Counted from the stretch's first letter, positions 13,788 through 29,160 are shown. The stretch: DNA of 64,000 nt from Eledone cirrhosa (GCA_964016885.1 OZ024751.1:35278001-35342000), one strand, 5' to 3'. Notes: generated by a model from the letters alone, not told the origin. Program-made: numbers and translations.

Positions 13788-14489
13788 AAAGGTATCAGAG
13801 AGGTATACGGTTGATAATTTGCATATAATCTGTTGATCTCGTGTTAGGGAGGAATAGAAGAGTATAGGAAGGGAGAGAATGAGAGAATAATAGAGCAGAA
13901 GAACAGAATAGGGGAATGTGAGAATAGGAATCTATTCTTCCAGCCATTGATTGCATTATATGAAGAATTTCAAGTCCTACTTTGAAATTATACATGTTCT
14001 GGGGCGATTAACCCAAGAATTTACCTTCTCCCTTTTCTACTTCTTCTAATTCCTGCCAGATATTTTAGGTTTACATGTAATGACAACCATATTCGGTAAT
14101 ATACTGACATACACATACATATATAGAATCACACATACACATACATATATAGAATCACACACACACATACATATATAGAATCACACACATACACATACAC
14201 CTTGACACACACATATATATATATAGAATCACACACACATATAGAATCATACACACATACATAGACTCACACACATATACACCTTGACACATACATACAT
14301 AGAATCACACACATACACCTTAATATACACATAATCCCACTCAGATACACACACACACACACAGATACACACACACACTCAGATACCTACCAACGCATAT
14401 GAAGCTTCACACCTACACACACACAAACACACACAGACAGGGAAAGAGACATATACACGCACACGTTCACACACTCACAAACATACTCT

Positions 14490-14586
<97 letters not shown>

Positions 14587-15284
14587 ACACATTGACATTC
14601 ACATACTGACACACACACACCCAGATCCCCCCCCCCACACACACACAGACAGACAGACAGACAGACAGATAGACTGACAGACTGACTGACAGAGAGACAG
14701 GGTGACAGACAGACAGACAGACAGACAGACAGAGAGACAGACTGACAGAGAGACAGACAGACAGAGAGACAGACAGACAGAGAGACAGACTGACTGACAG
14801 AGAGACAGACTGACAGAGAGACAGGGTGACAGAGAGACAGGGTGACAGAGAGACAGACAGACAGGGTGACAGAGAGACAGGGTGACAGAGAGACAGACTG
14901 ACTGACAGACAGGGTGACAGAGAGACAGAGAGACAGGGTGACAGAGAGACAGACAGACTGACAGAGTGAAACAGCTGTACATGTTGACAGAAATTATTAG
15001 TCTGTTTTTTCCACCCACCTAACTTAATAAAACAAATAAATAAGACTTTCTTCTTCTACCCTCTCTCTCTCTCCCTCTCTCTCTCTCTCTCTACATCTCT
15101 CTCTCTCTATCTCTCTCTACATCTCCCTCTCTCTCTCTCTCTCTACATATCCCTCTCTTTCTCTCTCTCTCTCTCCCTACATCTCCCTCTCTCTCTCTCT
15201 CTCCCTCACTCTCTCTACCTCTCTCTCTCCCTCACTCTCTCTCTGTCTCTATCTCTCTACCTCTCTTCATTACATTTTCTATCA

Positions 15285-15331
<47 letters not shown>

Positions 15332-15479
15332 AGTCTCACTCTCTCTCCCAGTCCCTCTCTCTCTCTCTCTCTCAGTCCCTCTCTCTCTCTCCCTTCCTCT
15401 CTCTCATTACAGTTGTCATCTGATATATTATGTTATTATTTTAACCCCAACGAATGATATTTATATATACACATATATA

Positions 15480-15594
<115 letters not shown>

Positions 15595-16189
15595 GCGTGT
15601 GTGTGTGTGCGTGTATATATGTATACATATCTATATATATATGTGTGTGTGTGTCTGTGTGTGTATAACTTCCATTCATATACATTTACATACATACATT
15701 CATACATACACACACATAGATATATATGTGTGTGAGCACTTACATTCATATACATTTATATACATACATTTATACATATATACACACATATATATATACA
15801 TGCAAATGTATATTGATATATGGTTAGATAAATATATACACATATATGCATGCATACATACATACACACGCGCACGCACATGTATATATATATACATACA
15901 TACATACATAGAGTCCCACACATATATATACAGCTGTCATACAGTTATATATATATATATATTCATAGTTTTACATTAATAAGCATACACAGACATAATC
16001 ACTTATATACGCATATCTATACAAATATATATTTTTTTACATCTATGTTATATATCGAAATATTTACATTAATATATATACAAGTATGTTTATATTATAT
16101 ATATATATTTATATATGCGTATATGCATATATATACATATATATATATACATATGCATATATATATATATATAGAGAGATATACATATG

Positions 16190-16238
<49 letters not shown>

Positions 16239-16388
16239 GCATATATATATACAGATACATATGCATATATATATACATATACATATGCATACATATATAT
16301 ATATACATATACATATCCACATGCATATTTATATATATATACATATACATATCCACATGCATATTTATATATACATATATATATTCAC

Positions 16389-16455
<67 letters not shown>

Positions 16456-17015
16456 CTGCAGAGGGGGGGGGGGGGGGGGGTGACTTTCACTAAAATCTGG
16501 TGACAAACCTGTATTTAGTTAAAATTAACAGCTTAAATACCAAAGTTTTAAATATTTAGTGTTTTAAAGTAACATCGAGTAAAATGGTTATTGGCATATC
16601 ATTATCATTATTATTATTGATGTTATTGTTGTTGGTGGTGGTGCTGGTGGTGGTGGGTGGTGCTGGTGCTGGTGCTGGTGGTGGTGCTGGTGGTGGTGCT
16701 GGTGGTGGTGGTGTTGGTGTTTTTGAAGTCTAAATCCCGCCATGGTTGACGAGACGCCACCTTCGTTTTAGATTTGAGATCGATAAAAATATCTAAAATA
16801 CCAGTTATATACTCGGCTTAAAATTATACCCTCCATCAGCGGAAATTCTGGCCTTTTGCCTATTTTACAAATTATCATCGTCATCATCATTATTATATAT
16901 TTTTTATATATTTTATATATATATTTCTTAGTAAATATGTGCTTTTTCTTCTTTTGTTTTGTACTCCCCACATTTTGTTTTGTTTTTCTTTCTGTTTGCC
17001 TTTTTTTCTTCTTTT

Positions 17016-18253
17016 TTATGAATAATAATCCTCCTCGTCAAAATCTATTTCATTCTGTTCTTCCGATTTACTTATCTGTTGTAACCATTGTTTTATACGA
17101 CCTTCTTGCAAAGCTTTGCTCCCGACACGGGACCTGACGAGGGGTGACCTGCAACCTGTATCATACACTTCCTCAAAAGAACGTCTCGATTGAGCCGGAA
17201 TTGGTGCTAGTGTATCGTCTAGTCTACAACTGGACGGAAGAGGTAAGTTCCGATGAGGGGATGTAGGTGCTGCGTCTGTGCCATCCGCTTTCTCCGAGTC
17301 TATCACTTCACCTTCCATGCTGCGTTCCATTTCAGCTTCGGGGAGACTGTCCGGTTGGCCATCCTTTAGATTGGACCAGGAACGTGAGTTTCTCCTCATA
17401 CAGGTCGGTAGTTCCTGTGAATGTTCCGGGTTGGAGAGGTGTCGACGTAACATGTTAGAGCGCTGAGTCATAAGGCCGCCTAATTCACCGAGTCTTTCCA
17501 TGTAGGAAGTGGTGTCGGACGAATCGTTGGAAATTAATCCGATGCTCCGTGCAGTACAGTCGCTGTTGAGAGAGATAGCACTGCCCACTCGGCTTCCTTC
17601 CCTCAGGTAATTCGAAGTGCCGAATGTTGATAACCAGCAGTAGCCCGTATCGTTAGGAGATTCTCGTAAATTTAAATCTAGGTTCATTGAGCGCCGACTC
17701 ATGCGTGGTGAGCAGTAGAGTCTTAGTGCGTGGTCAGAATCGTCCCGGGAACCGGTGCGTTCCATTTTGTCATCGTACGGATCGTCCGAAGTGTCTGCCT
17801 CGACGGAAAGATTCGGTAAACTGACAGCCGGGATGCCGAGGTCCGTCGGAGACTTGGAGTTTCCGATTGAAGTAGCGTCGTCGTTACGGTCGACTATGTT
17901 GAGCATAATTCTAGGAACAGTGGCCGCTCGTTCGGACATCGGGTTGCGCTGTACTTTCAGTTGGACACGCTGGGGTTCGTCTTCCGGCCCCACCACTACA
18001 TCAGGACCCAGGAGAGGGACACTAACATTGTTTTTGGTAAGAATTGGGTCGGCAGATTTTCTTCCTTGACGATACATAGTAGTATCTGTAATTGACGATA
18101 TTGTTGGTGGTGGTGGTGGTGGTGACGGTGGTTGTTGTGGTGGTGTTGGTGATGAAGATGGTGGCGGAGGCGGAGACGAGGACGAAGACAACAGGGGTGG
18201 TTGTGTCTGTTGCTGTTGTTGTTGTTGTTGTTGCTGTTGTTGCTGTTGTTGTT

Positions 18254-18284
<31 letters not shown>

Positions 18285-18308
18285 TTGTTGTTGTTGTTGC
18301 GACGCCAT
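17016..18308 (-). CDS. Uncharacterised, probably disordered protein (430 aa from MASQ31...; ORF open from 18374), single coding or terminal exon
   Basis: About 1.1 kb of non-repetitive, GC-richer, stop-free sequence in a repeat-dominated window. N-terminal Q31 and Pro/Ser tract, many SP/RxxS motifs, C-terminal RIKQWLQQI and acidic tail. Candidate acceptor ttgccag just upstream of the ATG. No domain recognised. Confidence 0.8.
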
Positions 18309-18449
18309 AGTGAATGTTGTAAAAACTGGCAACACAACAGACGACACACAACAAACGCTGCACAACAGATGCAAGATGTACAGCTAGTGCTGTACAAGGC
18401 AGCAACTGCAGGAAGATGCTACAGTAACACAATCACTGCCATCACCATC

Positions 18450-18710
18450 ACCATCATCAACTACAGGCTGCTGCCACCATCACCACCACTACTCCCACCA
18501 CCACCATCAACTACAGGCTGCTGCCACCATCACCACCACTACTCCCACCACCACCATCCACTACAGGCTGCTGCCACCATCACCACCACTACTCCCACCA
18601 CCACCATCCACTACAGGCTGCTGCCACCATCACCAGCACTACTCCCACTACCACCATCGACTACAGGCTGCTGCCACCATCACCACCACTACTCCCACTA
18701 TCACCATGAC
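18450..18710. repeat. 50-bp tandem repeat, 5 units
   Basis: ctacaggctgctgccaccatcaccaccactactcccaccaccaccatc.a at 18461, 18511, 18561, 18611, 18661. Confidence 0.9.
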
Positions 18711-19374
18711 TGCAATTACTGCTGCTACCATTATATTACTTCTCTCACTACTACCTCTACTGCTGCTTCTATAACCACCACCACTGCCCTCATACTACTA
18801 CCACTACTGCTTCTACTAACCCCACCACCACCACCATCGAAACCAACAACATCACCACCACCACTTCCACCACCACCACCACCTTCAATACCAACAGCAA
18901 CAACACCAACACCACCACCACCACCACTATCAATACCAACAACAACACCAACACCACCACCACCACCACCATCAACACCACCATCAACACCACCACCAGC
19001 ATCAACACTACCACCACCACCACCACCACCATCAACACTACCACTAACCTCACCACCATCACCACCACCAACACCACCATCACTACTACCACCACCACCA
19101 CCACCACCACCATCACCACCACCATCACCACCACCAACACCACCATCACTACTACCACCACCACCACCACCACCACCATCACCACCACCATCACCACCAC
19201 CAACACCACCATCACTACTACCACCACCACCACCACCATCAACACTACCACCACCACCACCACCACCATCAACACTACCACCACCACCACCACCATCATA
19301 TCTCTCACCATAACCAACATTACCAGCACTACTGCCACTACCACTACTACTACTACTACCACTACTACTATTGC

Positions 19375-19429
<55 letters not shown>

Positions 19430-19431
<2 letters not shown>

Positions 19432-21685
19432 TGCAGCAACAACAGCAACAATAACAACAACTACTACAACAGCAATAACACCAATAGCAGCAGCAGCAAC
19501 AACGTAAGCAGCAACAGTATTAGCAGCAGTAACAACAACATTAACAATAGCAGTAGTAGTAGCAGCAACGTAAGCAGCAGTAGCAGCAACAACAACAACA
19601 ACGTTAACAACAGCAGTAGCAGCAACAACGTTAACAGCAGCAGTAGCAGCAACAACCTTAACAGCAGCAGCAGCAGCAGCAGCAACAACGTTAGCAGCAG
19701 TAGCAGCAACAACGTTAACAGCAGCAGCAGTAGCAGCAACAACGTTAATAGCAGCAGCAGTAGCAGCAACAACGTTAACAGCAGCAGCAGTAGCAGCAAC
19801 AACGTTAACAGCAGCAGCAGTAGCAGCAACAACGTTAACAGCAGCACTAGCAGCAACAACGTTAACAGCAGCAGCAGTAGCAGCAACAACCTTAACAGCA
19901 GCAGTAGCAGCAACAACGTTAACAGCAGCAGCAGTAGCAGCAACAACGTTAACAGCAGTAGCAGCAGTAGCAGCAACAATGTTAACAGCAGTAGCAGCAG
20001 TAGCAGCAACAACGTTAACAGCAGCAGCAGTAGCAGCAACAACGTTAACAGCAGCAGCAGTAGCAACAACAACGTTAACAGCAGTAGCAGCAGTAGCAGC
20101 AACAACGTTAACAGCAGCAGCACTAGCAGCAACAACGTTAACAGCAGCAGTAACAATGTTAACAGCAGCAGTAGCAGCAACAACGTTAACAGCAGTAGCA
20201 GCAACAACGTTAACAGCAGCAGCAGTAGCAGCAACAACGTTAACAGCAGTAGCAGCAGTAGCAGCAACAATGTTAACAGCAGTAGCAGCAGTAGCAGCAA
20301 CAACGTTAACAGCAGCAGCAGTAGCAGCAACAACGTTAACAGCAGTAGCAGCAACAACGTTAACAGCAGCAGCAGCAGTAGCAGCAACAACGTTAACAGC
20401 AGTAGCAGCAGTAGCAGCAACAACGTTAACAGCAGCAGCAGTAGCAACAACAACGTTAACAGCAGTAGCAGCAGTAGCAGCAACAACGTTAACAGCAGCA
20501 GCAGTAGCAACAACAACGTTAACAGCAGCAGCAGCAGTAGCAGCAACAACGTTAACAGCAGCAGCAGTAGCAACAACAACGTTAACAGCAGTAGCAGCAG
20601 TAGCAGCAACAACGTTAACAGCAGCAGCACTAGCAGCAACAACGTTAACAGCAGCAGTAGCAGCAACAACGTTAACAGCAGCAGTAGCAGCAACAATGTT
20701 AACAGCAGCAGCAGTAGCAGCAACAACGTTAACAGCAGCAGCAGTAGCAGCAACAACGTTAACAGCAGCAGCAGTAGGAACAACAACGTTAACGGCAGTA
20801 GCAGCAGTAGCAGCAGTAGCAGCAACAACGTTAACAGCAGCAGCAGTAGCAGCAACAACGTTAACAGCAGCACTAGCAGCAACAACGTTAACAGCAGTAG
20901 CAGCAACAACGTTAACAGCAGCAGCAGTAGCAGCAACAACGTTAACAGCAGTAGCAGCAGTAGCAGCAACAACGTTAACAGTAGCAGCAGTAGCAACAAC
21001 AACGTTAACAGCAGCAGTAGCAGCAACAACGTTAACAGCAGTAGCAGCAACAACGTTAACAGCAGCAGTAGCAGCAACAACGTTAACAGCAGCAGTAGCA
21101 GCAACAACGTTAACAGCAGCAGCAGTAGCAACAACAACGTTAACGGCAGTAGCAGCAGTAGCAGCAACAACGTTAACAGCAGCAGCAGTAGCAGCAACAA
21201 CGTTAACAGCAGCAGTAGCAGCAACAACGTTAACAGCAGTAGCAGCAACAACGTTAACAGCAGCAGCAGTAGCAGCAACAACGTTAACAGTAGCAGCAGT
21301 AGCAACAACAACGTTAACAGCAGCAGTAGCAGCAACAACGTTAACAGCAGCAGTAGCAGCAACAACGTTAACAGCAGTAGCAGCAACAACGTTAACAGCA
21401 GCAGTAGCAGCAACAACGTTAACAGCAGTAGCAGCAGTAGCAGCAACAACGTTAACAGCAGTAGCAGCAACAACGTTAACAGCAGCAGTAGCAGCAACAA
21501 CGTTAGCAGCAGTAGCAGCAACAACGTTAACAGCAGTAGCAGCAGCTACAACAACGTTAACAGCAGTAGCAGCAGCTACAACAACGTTAACAGCAGTAGC
21601 AGCAGCTACAACAACGTTAACAGCAGTAGCAGCAGTAGCAGCAACAACGTTAATAGCAGTAGCAGCAGCTACAACAACAGCAGCA
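19430..21685. repeat. About 2.2-kb compound trinucleotide minisatellite (agc)n-agt-(agc)n-(aac)n-gttaac
   Basis: Variable units of about 21-39 bp punctuated by aacgttaac; this explains the poly-L/T and poly-A/V/T ORFs. Confidence 0.95.
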
Positions 21686-21768
21686 ATAATTTCATCTTAT
21701 CAGAAACGTATTATATGATAATGTAATAATATTTTTTTTCCTTCCGCTTCCGTCCTGATTACTGGAAA

Positions 21769-21937
<169 letters not shown>

Positions 21938-22034
21938 TAGTTCCCGCTGTCATTTGATATCATTGTATCTGTGAAGGAGGGGGAGGAGAAGGCTGAATAG
22001 GAAGACAGAAGACAACTTTGGTGGTGGTGGTGGT

Positions 22035-22077
<43 letters not shown>

Positions 22078-22232
22078 CGAAGGAATTGTGGTAAGGAACC
22101 AGATGGACCATAACGCACCAGAGTACTCAATACTTAGGGTATACCACCACCACCACCACTATATATATATATGTGTGTGTGTATGTGTGTGTGGATGGAT
22201 GTATGGACGGATGAATAGATATATATATTTAT

Positions 22233-22321
<89 letters not shown>

Positions 22322-22322
22322 T

Positions 22323-23366
22323 ATTTCTTTTATTTGCCACTAGGGCATCAAAAGTGGGACAAGTACAATGGGGGGAGTTTACACAAAAAGGCGTCCTCAA
22401 TAAGGAGGAGGCAATAACAAAATATAAAAATAAAATAAGATATAACAAAAAATAAAATTTTTAACAAAATCCTCAATAGAGAGGAGGCGCCTTGGGGGGT
22501 CGCACACACCCCCGAAAAAAGTGTGCAACCCTTCTCCTCAGGAGCACAGAGAAGGGGTGCTCCCTTGGTCTTTCATCTTCCTCACCTATAGTCTGATGTA
22601 GAGTGAAGGCCCATTCACACGGGCCATTCTCGCCACTTTCACCCATCTTTCATAGAAACGGCTGGGGTGCAGCACCTCTCTCTCCATCCTGATCCTTCTT
22701 CCGAAATGATATCGGAAGAAACGGACCAGTTGTTGGCCAGAGAGAAAGGTGCCCGACCTCAGTCCTTTCAGACGCGTCCACCATACAACCTCTTTCGCCA
22801 TGGCTATTATGCACAGAAACACCGCCTCTGCTTCATCTTTGAAGGGGGGAGGCGGCTTGATCATTACAATAGACTCGGTGGTCAACCGGATCGGTCCCAC
22901 CCTTGACAGCAGTTGTTCGACATAGCCCCACAGATCGGCTACGCCCGAGCAGTGTACTAATGCGTGTGCAACGGTTTCCTCGTCGCACACGCATCTGGGA
23001 CAGATCTTTTTGGCGGGGTCCCTACCCGGGCGCCCGTGTCTGTAGAGCCTTTCTCGAACGGGTAAAGCCCCTCGGTAGCACTGCCAGGCCAGGGACTTCT
23101 GGAAGTTGTCCATAGGTCCCGGGCTGAATGTCCTACCGAACAGGCTGGCCAGTTCGTCCTCCTCCATGTCTAGGGCTTCTCCGAGGGCGTCGTCGCACCT
23201 GCTGCGTACCAGCCCTCTATAGAATGTTGCGGTGGAGTCTCCACTGACAACCGGATCCGCCTGCCAGAGGGCGGTGAGCGCCTGGGCACACTCAGTGTGC
23301 CAGGCGCCCAGTTTTCTCGGTCTTTGCTTGACCCAGGATTGCAGCTCGGTGAGTGAGACGAGTCTG
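22323..23366 (-). mobile_element. 5'-truncated Tx1/L1-type LINE (ORF2 C-terminus with Cys/His zf-RVT-like motif, plus 3' UTR) flanked by (GATA)n
   Basis: Translation ...FQKSLAWQCYRGALPVRERL...CPRCVCDEETVAHALVHC...LWGYVEQLL..., stop at 22586. AATAAA precedes (TCTA)n; (GATA)n also occurs at the 5' junction (23367-23399). Confidence 0.9.
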
Positions 23367-23399
<33 letters not shown>

Positions 23400-23785
23400 C
23401 GATGTTCAGCAGCCGGGTGAGAAGGGACGGTAAGTCTGTGACGGTGACAGATGTGGTTGAAGATGTAATGTAGAACGCTTCTGTAGAACAGATCAAGGAA
23501 ACAAAGCATTCTATACAATATACAGTGATGGAATATTCTAGTATAGTTATCTTCAGTTTCTTTCATACCATTGGCTTCCAATCTCGCAATGGGCGCAGAC
23601 TGTGCCTTACGCATGTGTGATGTTAGGCAACTGAACGATGGCTGACTAAATTTTATATAACGTAGAGTTACGTTATAACGTAGAGTTACGTTATATATAA
23701 TGTGTTAACAATATCACTAATAGTTTCAAAAATAATTACAAGGGCCAATAATTCTATCAGGTCTAAAATCATCAGAGACGTATTG

Positions 23786-24155
23786 GCATAATACGTTATA
23801 TTTCGACGTTGACATAATACGTTATATTTCAAAGGTGACATAAAACGTCATATTTCAACGTTGACATAAACCGTCATATTTCAACGTTAACATAAACCGT
23901 CATATTTCAACGTTGACCTAAAACGTTATATTTCAACGTTGACCTAAGACGTCATATTTCAACGTTGACATAAACTGTCATATTTTAACATTGACCTAAG
24001 ACGTCATATTTCAACGTTGACATAAACTGTCATATTTTAACATTGACCTAAGACGTCATATTTCAACGTTGACAAAAACTGTCATATTTTAACGTTGACC
24101 TAAGACGTTATATTTCAGCGTTGACATAAACTATCATATTTTAACGTGGACATAA
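23786..24155. repeat. 26-bp minisatellite, about 14 units
   Basis: tatttcaacgttgacataaaccgtca with 26-bp period (23825, 23851, 23877 and onward); contains the palindrome tcaacgttga. Confidence 0.9.
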
Positions 24156-24339
24156 CTAAAGTAATCCCTTCTTCCCGTGTCTGGACTATCCTGGGAAAAT
24201 TCTCTTTGAAACAATCGGGTTATTAATGGTAGGCCACTATGTACATATATGTATGTGTCTGTCTTTGTACGTGTGTATATATGATATATAAGTACATGTG
24301 TGTGTATGTGTGTGTGTCTTTGTATATGAGTGTATATAC

Positions 24340-24429
<90 letters not shown>

Positions 24430-24547
24430 TATTGATGGACGTGAGAATGAGTACTCAATACCGAAGTAGAGTTTAAACGTTCATTTATCTCTAAGTGGTG
24501 AGCCTTGTTACTCTGGAGTTTCACCTGTATATTCACAGGATCACCAG

Positions 24548-24677
<130 letters not shown>

Positions 24678-24913
24678 ACAGGTGCCCGTACTGCTAATTA
24701 CTGAATCTGTAGTTAATGTTACATCCGCCACTATTGTTGTTGTTGCTGTTGATGTTGTTACTGCTGCTGCTGTTGATGCTCCTGTTGTTGTTGTTACGGT
24801 TATTGTTACTGCTGCTGCTGTTGATGCTGCTGTTGTTGTTATTGCTGCTGTCACGCCTGGAGTTGATGTTTGCTATTGTCTACGTCGCCATTGTCGCTAC
24901 TACTGCCACCACC

Positions 24914-24967
<54 letters not shown>

Positions 24968-24968
24968 G

Positions 24969-25014
<46 letters not shown>

Positions 25015-25105
25015 CACCACCACTACTACTACTGCCACCACTACTACTACTACCACCACCACTACTACCACTATTACCACCACCACTACTACTACTACTG
25101 CCACC

Positions 25106-25143
<38 letters not shown>

Positions 25144-25336
25144 CACCACTGCCACCACTACTACTGCTACCACCACCACTACTACTACCACCACCACCAC
25201 CACTACTTCTACTACTACTACTACTACCACTACAACTACTACTAATACCACTACTAATACTAACACTACCACTACTACTACTACTACCACTACTAATACT
25301 ACCACCACTACCACTACTACGACCACTACTACTACC

Positions 25337-25376
<40 letters not shown>

Positions 25377-25483
25377 TTACTGCTGCAGTAATTATTGTTT
25401 GTTGACGACTGTACATCCATACTATCTTCAATAGTTATTTGGTGGTGGTGTGTGTGTGTATGTAGTATGTCTGTGTGTGTATG

Positions 25484-25552
<69 letters not shown>

Positions 25553-25630
25553 GGTCTGTAATTGTTGTCATTAGTAACGTCTCCTAGCATCTCATCTTTG
25601 TCCACAATCCATTGCCATCTATGATACATA

Positions 25631-25699
<69 letters not shown>

Positions 25700-26346
25700 A
25701 CACACACACACACATACACACACACACACACACACATACATATTACATACACACACACAACTCTACTGTCCAGCTACTTTGATATATACTTCTCTATGTA
25801 TATATGTCTCCCTCTCTCACACATACACATATGTATATTTATATACATGCACACACACACATATGTATGGACACTCACACATATATATATACACACACAA
25901 ACATACATATATATATATATACATATACACACATACATATATATATACAAGTGTGTGTGTTCTCTCTGTATGTCTATCTGTATGTATGTATGTATATATG
26001 TATGTGTGTATGTGTGTATGTATGTATATATATATGTATGTATGTGTGTATGTATGTATGTATGTATGTATGTGTGCATACATGTATGTATGTATGTGTG
26101 CATGTATGTATGTATGTATGTGTGTATGTATGTATGTATGTGTGCATGTATGTATGTGTGTATGTGTGTATGTATCTATGTGTGTATGTAAGTATGTATG
26201 TATGTGTGTGTGTATGTATGTGTGTGTGTATGTATCTATGTGTGTATGTAAGTATGTATGTATGTGTGTGTGTATGTATGTATGTATGTATGTGTGTGTG
26301 TATGTATGTGTGTGTGTGTGTATCTATGTGTGTATGTATGTATGTA

Positions 26347-26377
<31 letters not shown>

Positions 26378-26450
26378 ATGTATGTATGTGTGTATGTATG
26401 TATGTATGTGTGTGTGTGTGTATGTATCTATGTGTGTATGTAAGTATGTA

Positions 26451-26499
<49 letters not shown>

Positions 26500-26664
26500 G
26501 TGTGTGTGTATGTATGTATGGTATCTCTTTCTCTTAATTTCGAGTATATTTTTTTGACCGGCCACCTTCCTGGTGGCAAGGTTGTAAAAGAAAAGAAATT
26601 GTCATCCCTTGAATCGCAAGAATGTTTTGCAAATTTTGAAGATGCCAGCTATCACAGCCATTTG

Positions 26665-27190
26665 TGGTGGTTGTGGTAGTCTTGGTGGTGGTGGGTGCGG
26701 GGTAGTCTTGGTGGTGGTGGTAGTTTGGTGGTGGTGGTAGTTTGGTGGTGGTGATAGTTTGGTGGTGGTGGTGGTGGTGGTGGTGGTGGTGGTGGTGGTG
26801 GTGGTAGTTTGGTGGTGGTGGTGGTGGTGGTGGTAGTTTGGTGGTGGTGGTGGTGGTGGTGGTGGTGGTGGTAGTTTGGTGGTGGTGGTGGTGGTGGTGG
26901 TGGTAGTTTGGTGGTGGTGGGTGCGGGGTAGTCTTGGTGGTGGTGGTAGTTTGGTGGTGGTGATAGTTTGGTGGTGGTGGTGGTGATGATAGTTTGGTGG
27001 TGGTGGTGGTGGTGGTGGTAGTTTGGTGGTGGTGGGTGCGGGGGTAGTCTTGGTGGTGGTGATAGTTTGGTGGTGGTGGTGGTGGTGGTGATAGTTTGGT
27101 GGTGGTGGTGGTGGTGGTGGTGGTAGTTTGGTGGTGGTGGGTGCGGGGGTAGTCTTGGTGGTGGTGGTAGTTTGGTGGTGGTGGTGGTGG
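26665..27190. repeat. (GGT)n-based compound minisatellite with tagttt and gtgcggggtagtctt interruptions
   Basis: Direct inspection. Confidence 0.85.
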
Positions 27191-27883
27191 TTGAGATGTT
27201 GATGGTGACAAGCCTAATCGAGTAGGAGTTGACTTGATGGATCAAGTGGGCACCAGCTGTGACCATTTTGTCTTTATGTATGGAGGACATTATATAATGT
27301 GTCCTTTGTTTATATAAGATGTGGAGGTGTGATATGTGACATGAGGGAGAGTTTGACTACTATTTCTAGTTGAACAAGCGTCCAGGGCCGCCTCATTATC
27401 TCCATTAGTAACAATATAATTACACAAACTGTGTTGATGTTTCATCTATTTTCATTAGGGATATTTTATATTTCCTTATTAATCTGGCGGATTGACAGAG
27501 TCATTAGGGTGTCGTATTAAACACCTTGGTATTTGTTTCAGTCCATTGCTTTCTGTGTTCAAATCCCGCCGATGTCAACCTCTCGCCATTTCAGGGGTGG
27601 ATAGAAAATAAAGTACTAGACCTACTGGGCTGGGGTATTGGGTAAATAGTCAGAGGGAGTATCTGATTCGACTCTGGCTACTACTACTACTACTACTACT
27701 ACTACAGCGGCTATTTTAGTTTCCCGCCATTAAACATCGTAATACATTAACTTCTTTTTCACTTGGCACGTGACCAGCATTGCTTGTTACTGCTGTTGTT
27801 GTTGCTGCTGCTGCTGTTGTTGTTGTTGCTACTGCTGCTGCTGCTGCTACTGCTGCTGTTATTGCTGCTGTTGTTGCTGCTAC

Positions 27884-27922
<39 letters not shown>

Positions 27923-28609
27923 TGTTGTTGCTCTGATCACTGATATTTTTTTATTTCTATTTCTTTCTCTCTTTATATTCTTACTCGTCTCTTTCTTCTT
28001 TTCGAAGGTATATATAATTAACTAATTAAGAATTTACTAAACTAATTAATTATGTCATTATTTCCGGCGGGAATTTCCGGGTCTTTACGTTCCGAGTTGA
28101 AATCTCGCCCAGGTAAACTTTGCCTTTCATCTTTCTGAAATTGATAAGATAAACTATCACTCAAGTACTTGGTTTAATTACCTCCCCTTTCTGTCTGTCT
28201 GTCTGTCTGTTTGTCTATCTGTCTGTCTGTCTGTCTGTCTATCTGTCTGTCTGACTGAAAGAGAGAAATTGATAGAGGTGTGAGGGGGTGAAAGAGAAAG
28301 TGAGAGAGGGGAGATGGGGTGAAAGTGGGAGAGGGGGAAAGGGGGTGAGAAAGAGGGAGAGGGGTGAGAGAGGGGGAGAGGGGGTGAGAACGTGGGGGAT
28401 GGGGGTGAAAGAGAAAGTGAGAGAGGGGGAGAGGGGTGAAAGAGAAAGTGTGAATGAATGAGAAGAAAAAGGAGAGAGTGTGGGTTGGAGAGAGAGAGTA
28501 GGGGAAGAAAGAGAACGTGAGTGAGGAAGGGGAGGAGGAAAGAGAGAAAGGGTGGGAGGAGAGAGGAGGAGAGAGAGGGACTGGAGGGGAGAAAGATATA
28601 GAGAGAGGG

Positions 28610-29160
28610 AAGAATTAGTGTGTGAGAGAGAGGGGGAGTGGAGAGAGTTAGTGTGTGTGTGAGAGAGAGGGAGAGAGTTAGTGTGTGTGTGAGAGAGGAG
28701 GGAGAGAGAGTTAGTGTGTGTGAGAGAGAGGGGGAGAGAGAGTTAGTGTGTGTGTGTGAGAGGGACGGGAGAGAGAGTTAGTGTGTGTCAGAGAGAGGGG
28801 GAGAGAGAGTTAGTGTGTGTGTGAGAGAGACGGGAAAGAGAGTTAGTGTGTGTGAGAGAGAGGGGGGAGAGAGAGTTAGTGTGTGTGAGAGAGAGGGAGA
28901 GAGTTAGTGTGTGTGTGAGAGAGAGACGGGAGAGAGAGTTAGTGTGTGTGAGAGAGAGGGGGAGAGAGAGTTAGTGTGTGTGAGAGAGAGGGGGAGAGAG
29001 AGTTAGTGTGTGTGTGAGAGAGAGGAGGGAGAGAGAGTTAGTGTGTGTGAGAGAGAGGGGGAGAGAGAGTTAGTGTGTGTGAGAGAGAGGGGGAGAGAGA
29101 GTTAGTGTGTGTGTGAGAGAGAGGAGGGAGAGAGAGTTAGTGTGTGTGAGAGAGAGGGGG
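28610..29160. repeat. About 28-33-bp purine-rich minisatellite (gagagagttagtgtgtgtgagagagaggg)
   Basis: Recurrent ttagtgtgtg core between GA tracts. Confidence 0.85.

Noticed and set aside
19464-21718. 579-aa Ala/Thr (antifreeze- or mucin-like) and 686-aa poly-Leu ORFs
   Set aside because: By-product of a trinucleotide-based minisatellite open on both strands, with no unique coding flanks or splice sites.
23367-23614. N-terminal extension of the 342-aa ORF 22586-23614
   Set aside because: It reads through (GATA)n into unrelated flank; only 22586-23366 is LINE-derived. The same applies to 44827-45024 of the 341-aa ORF.
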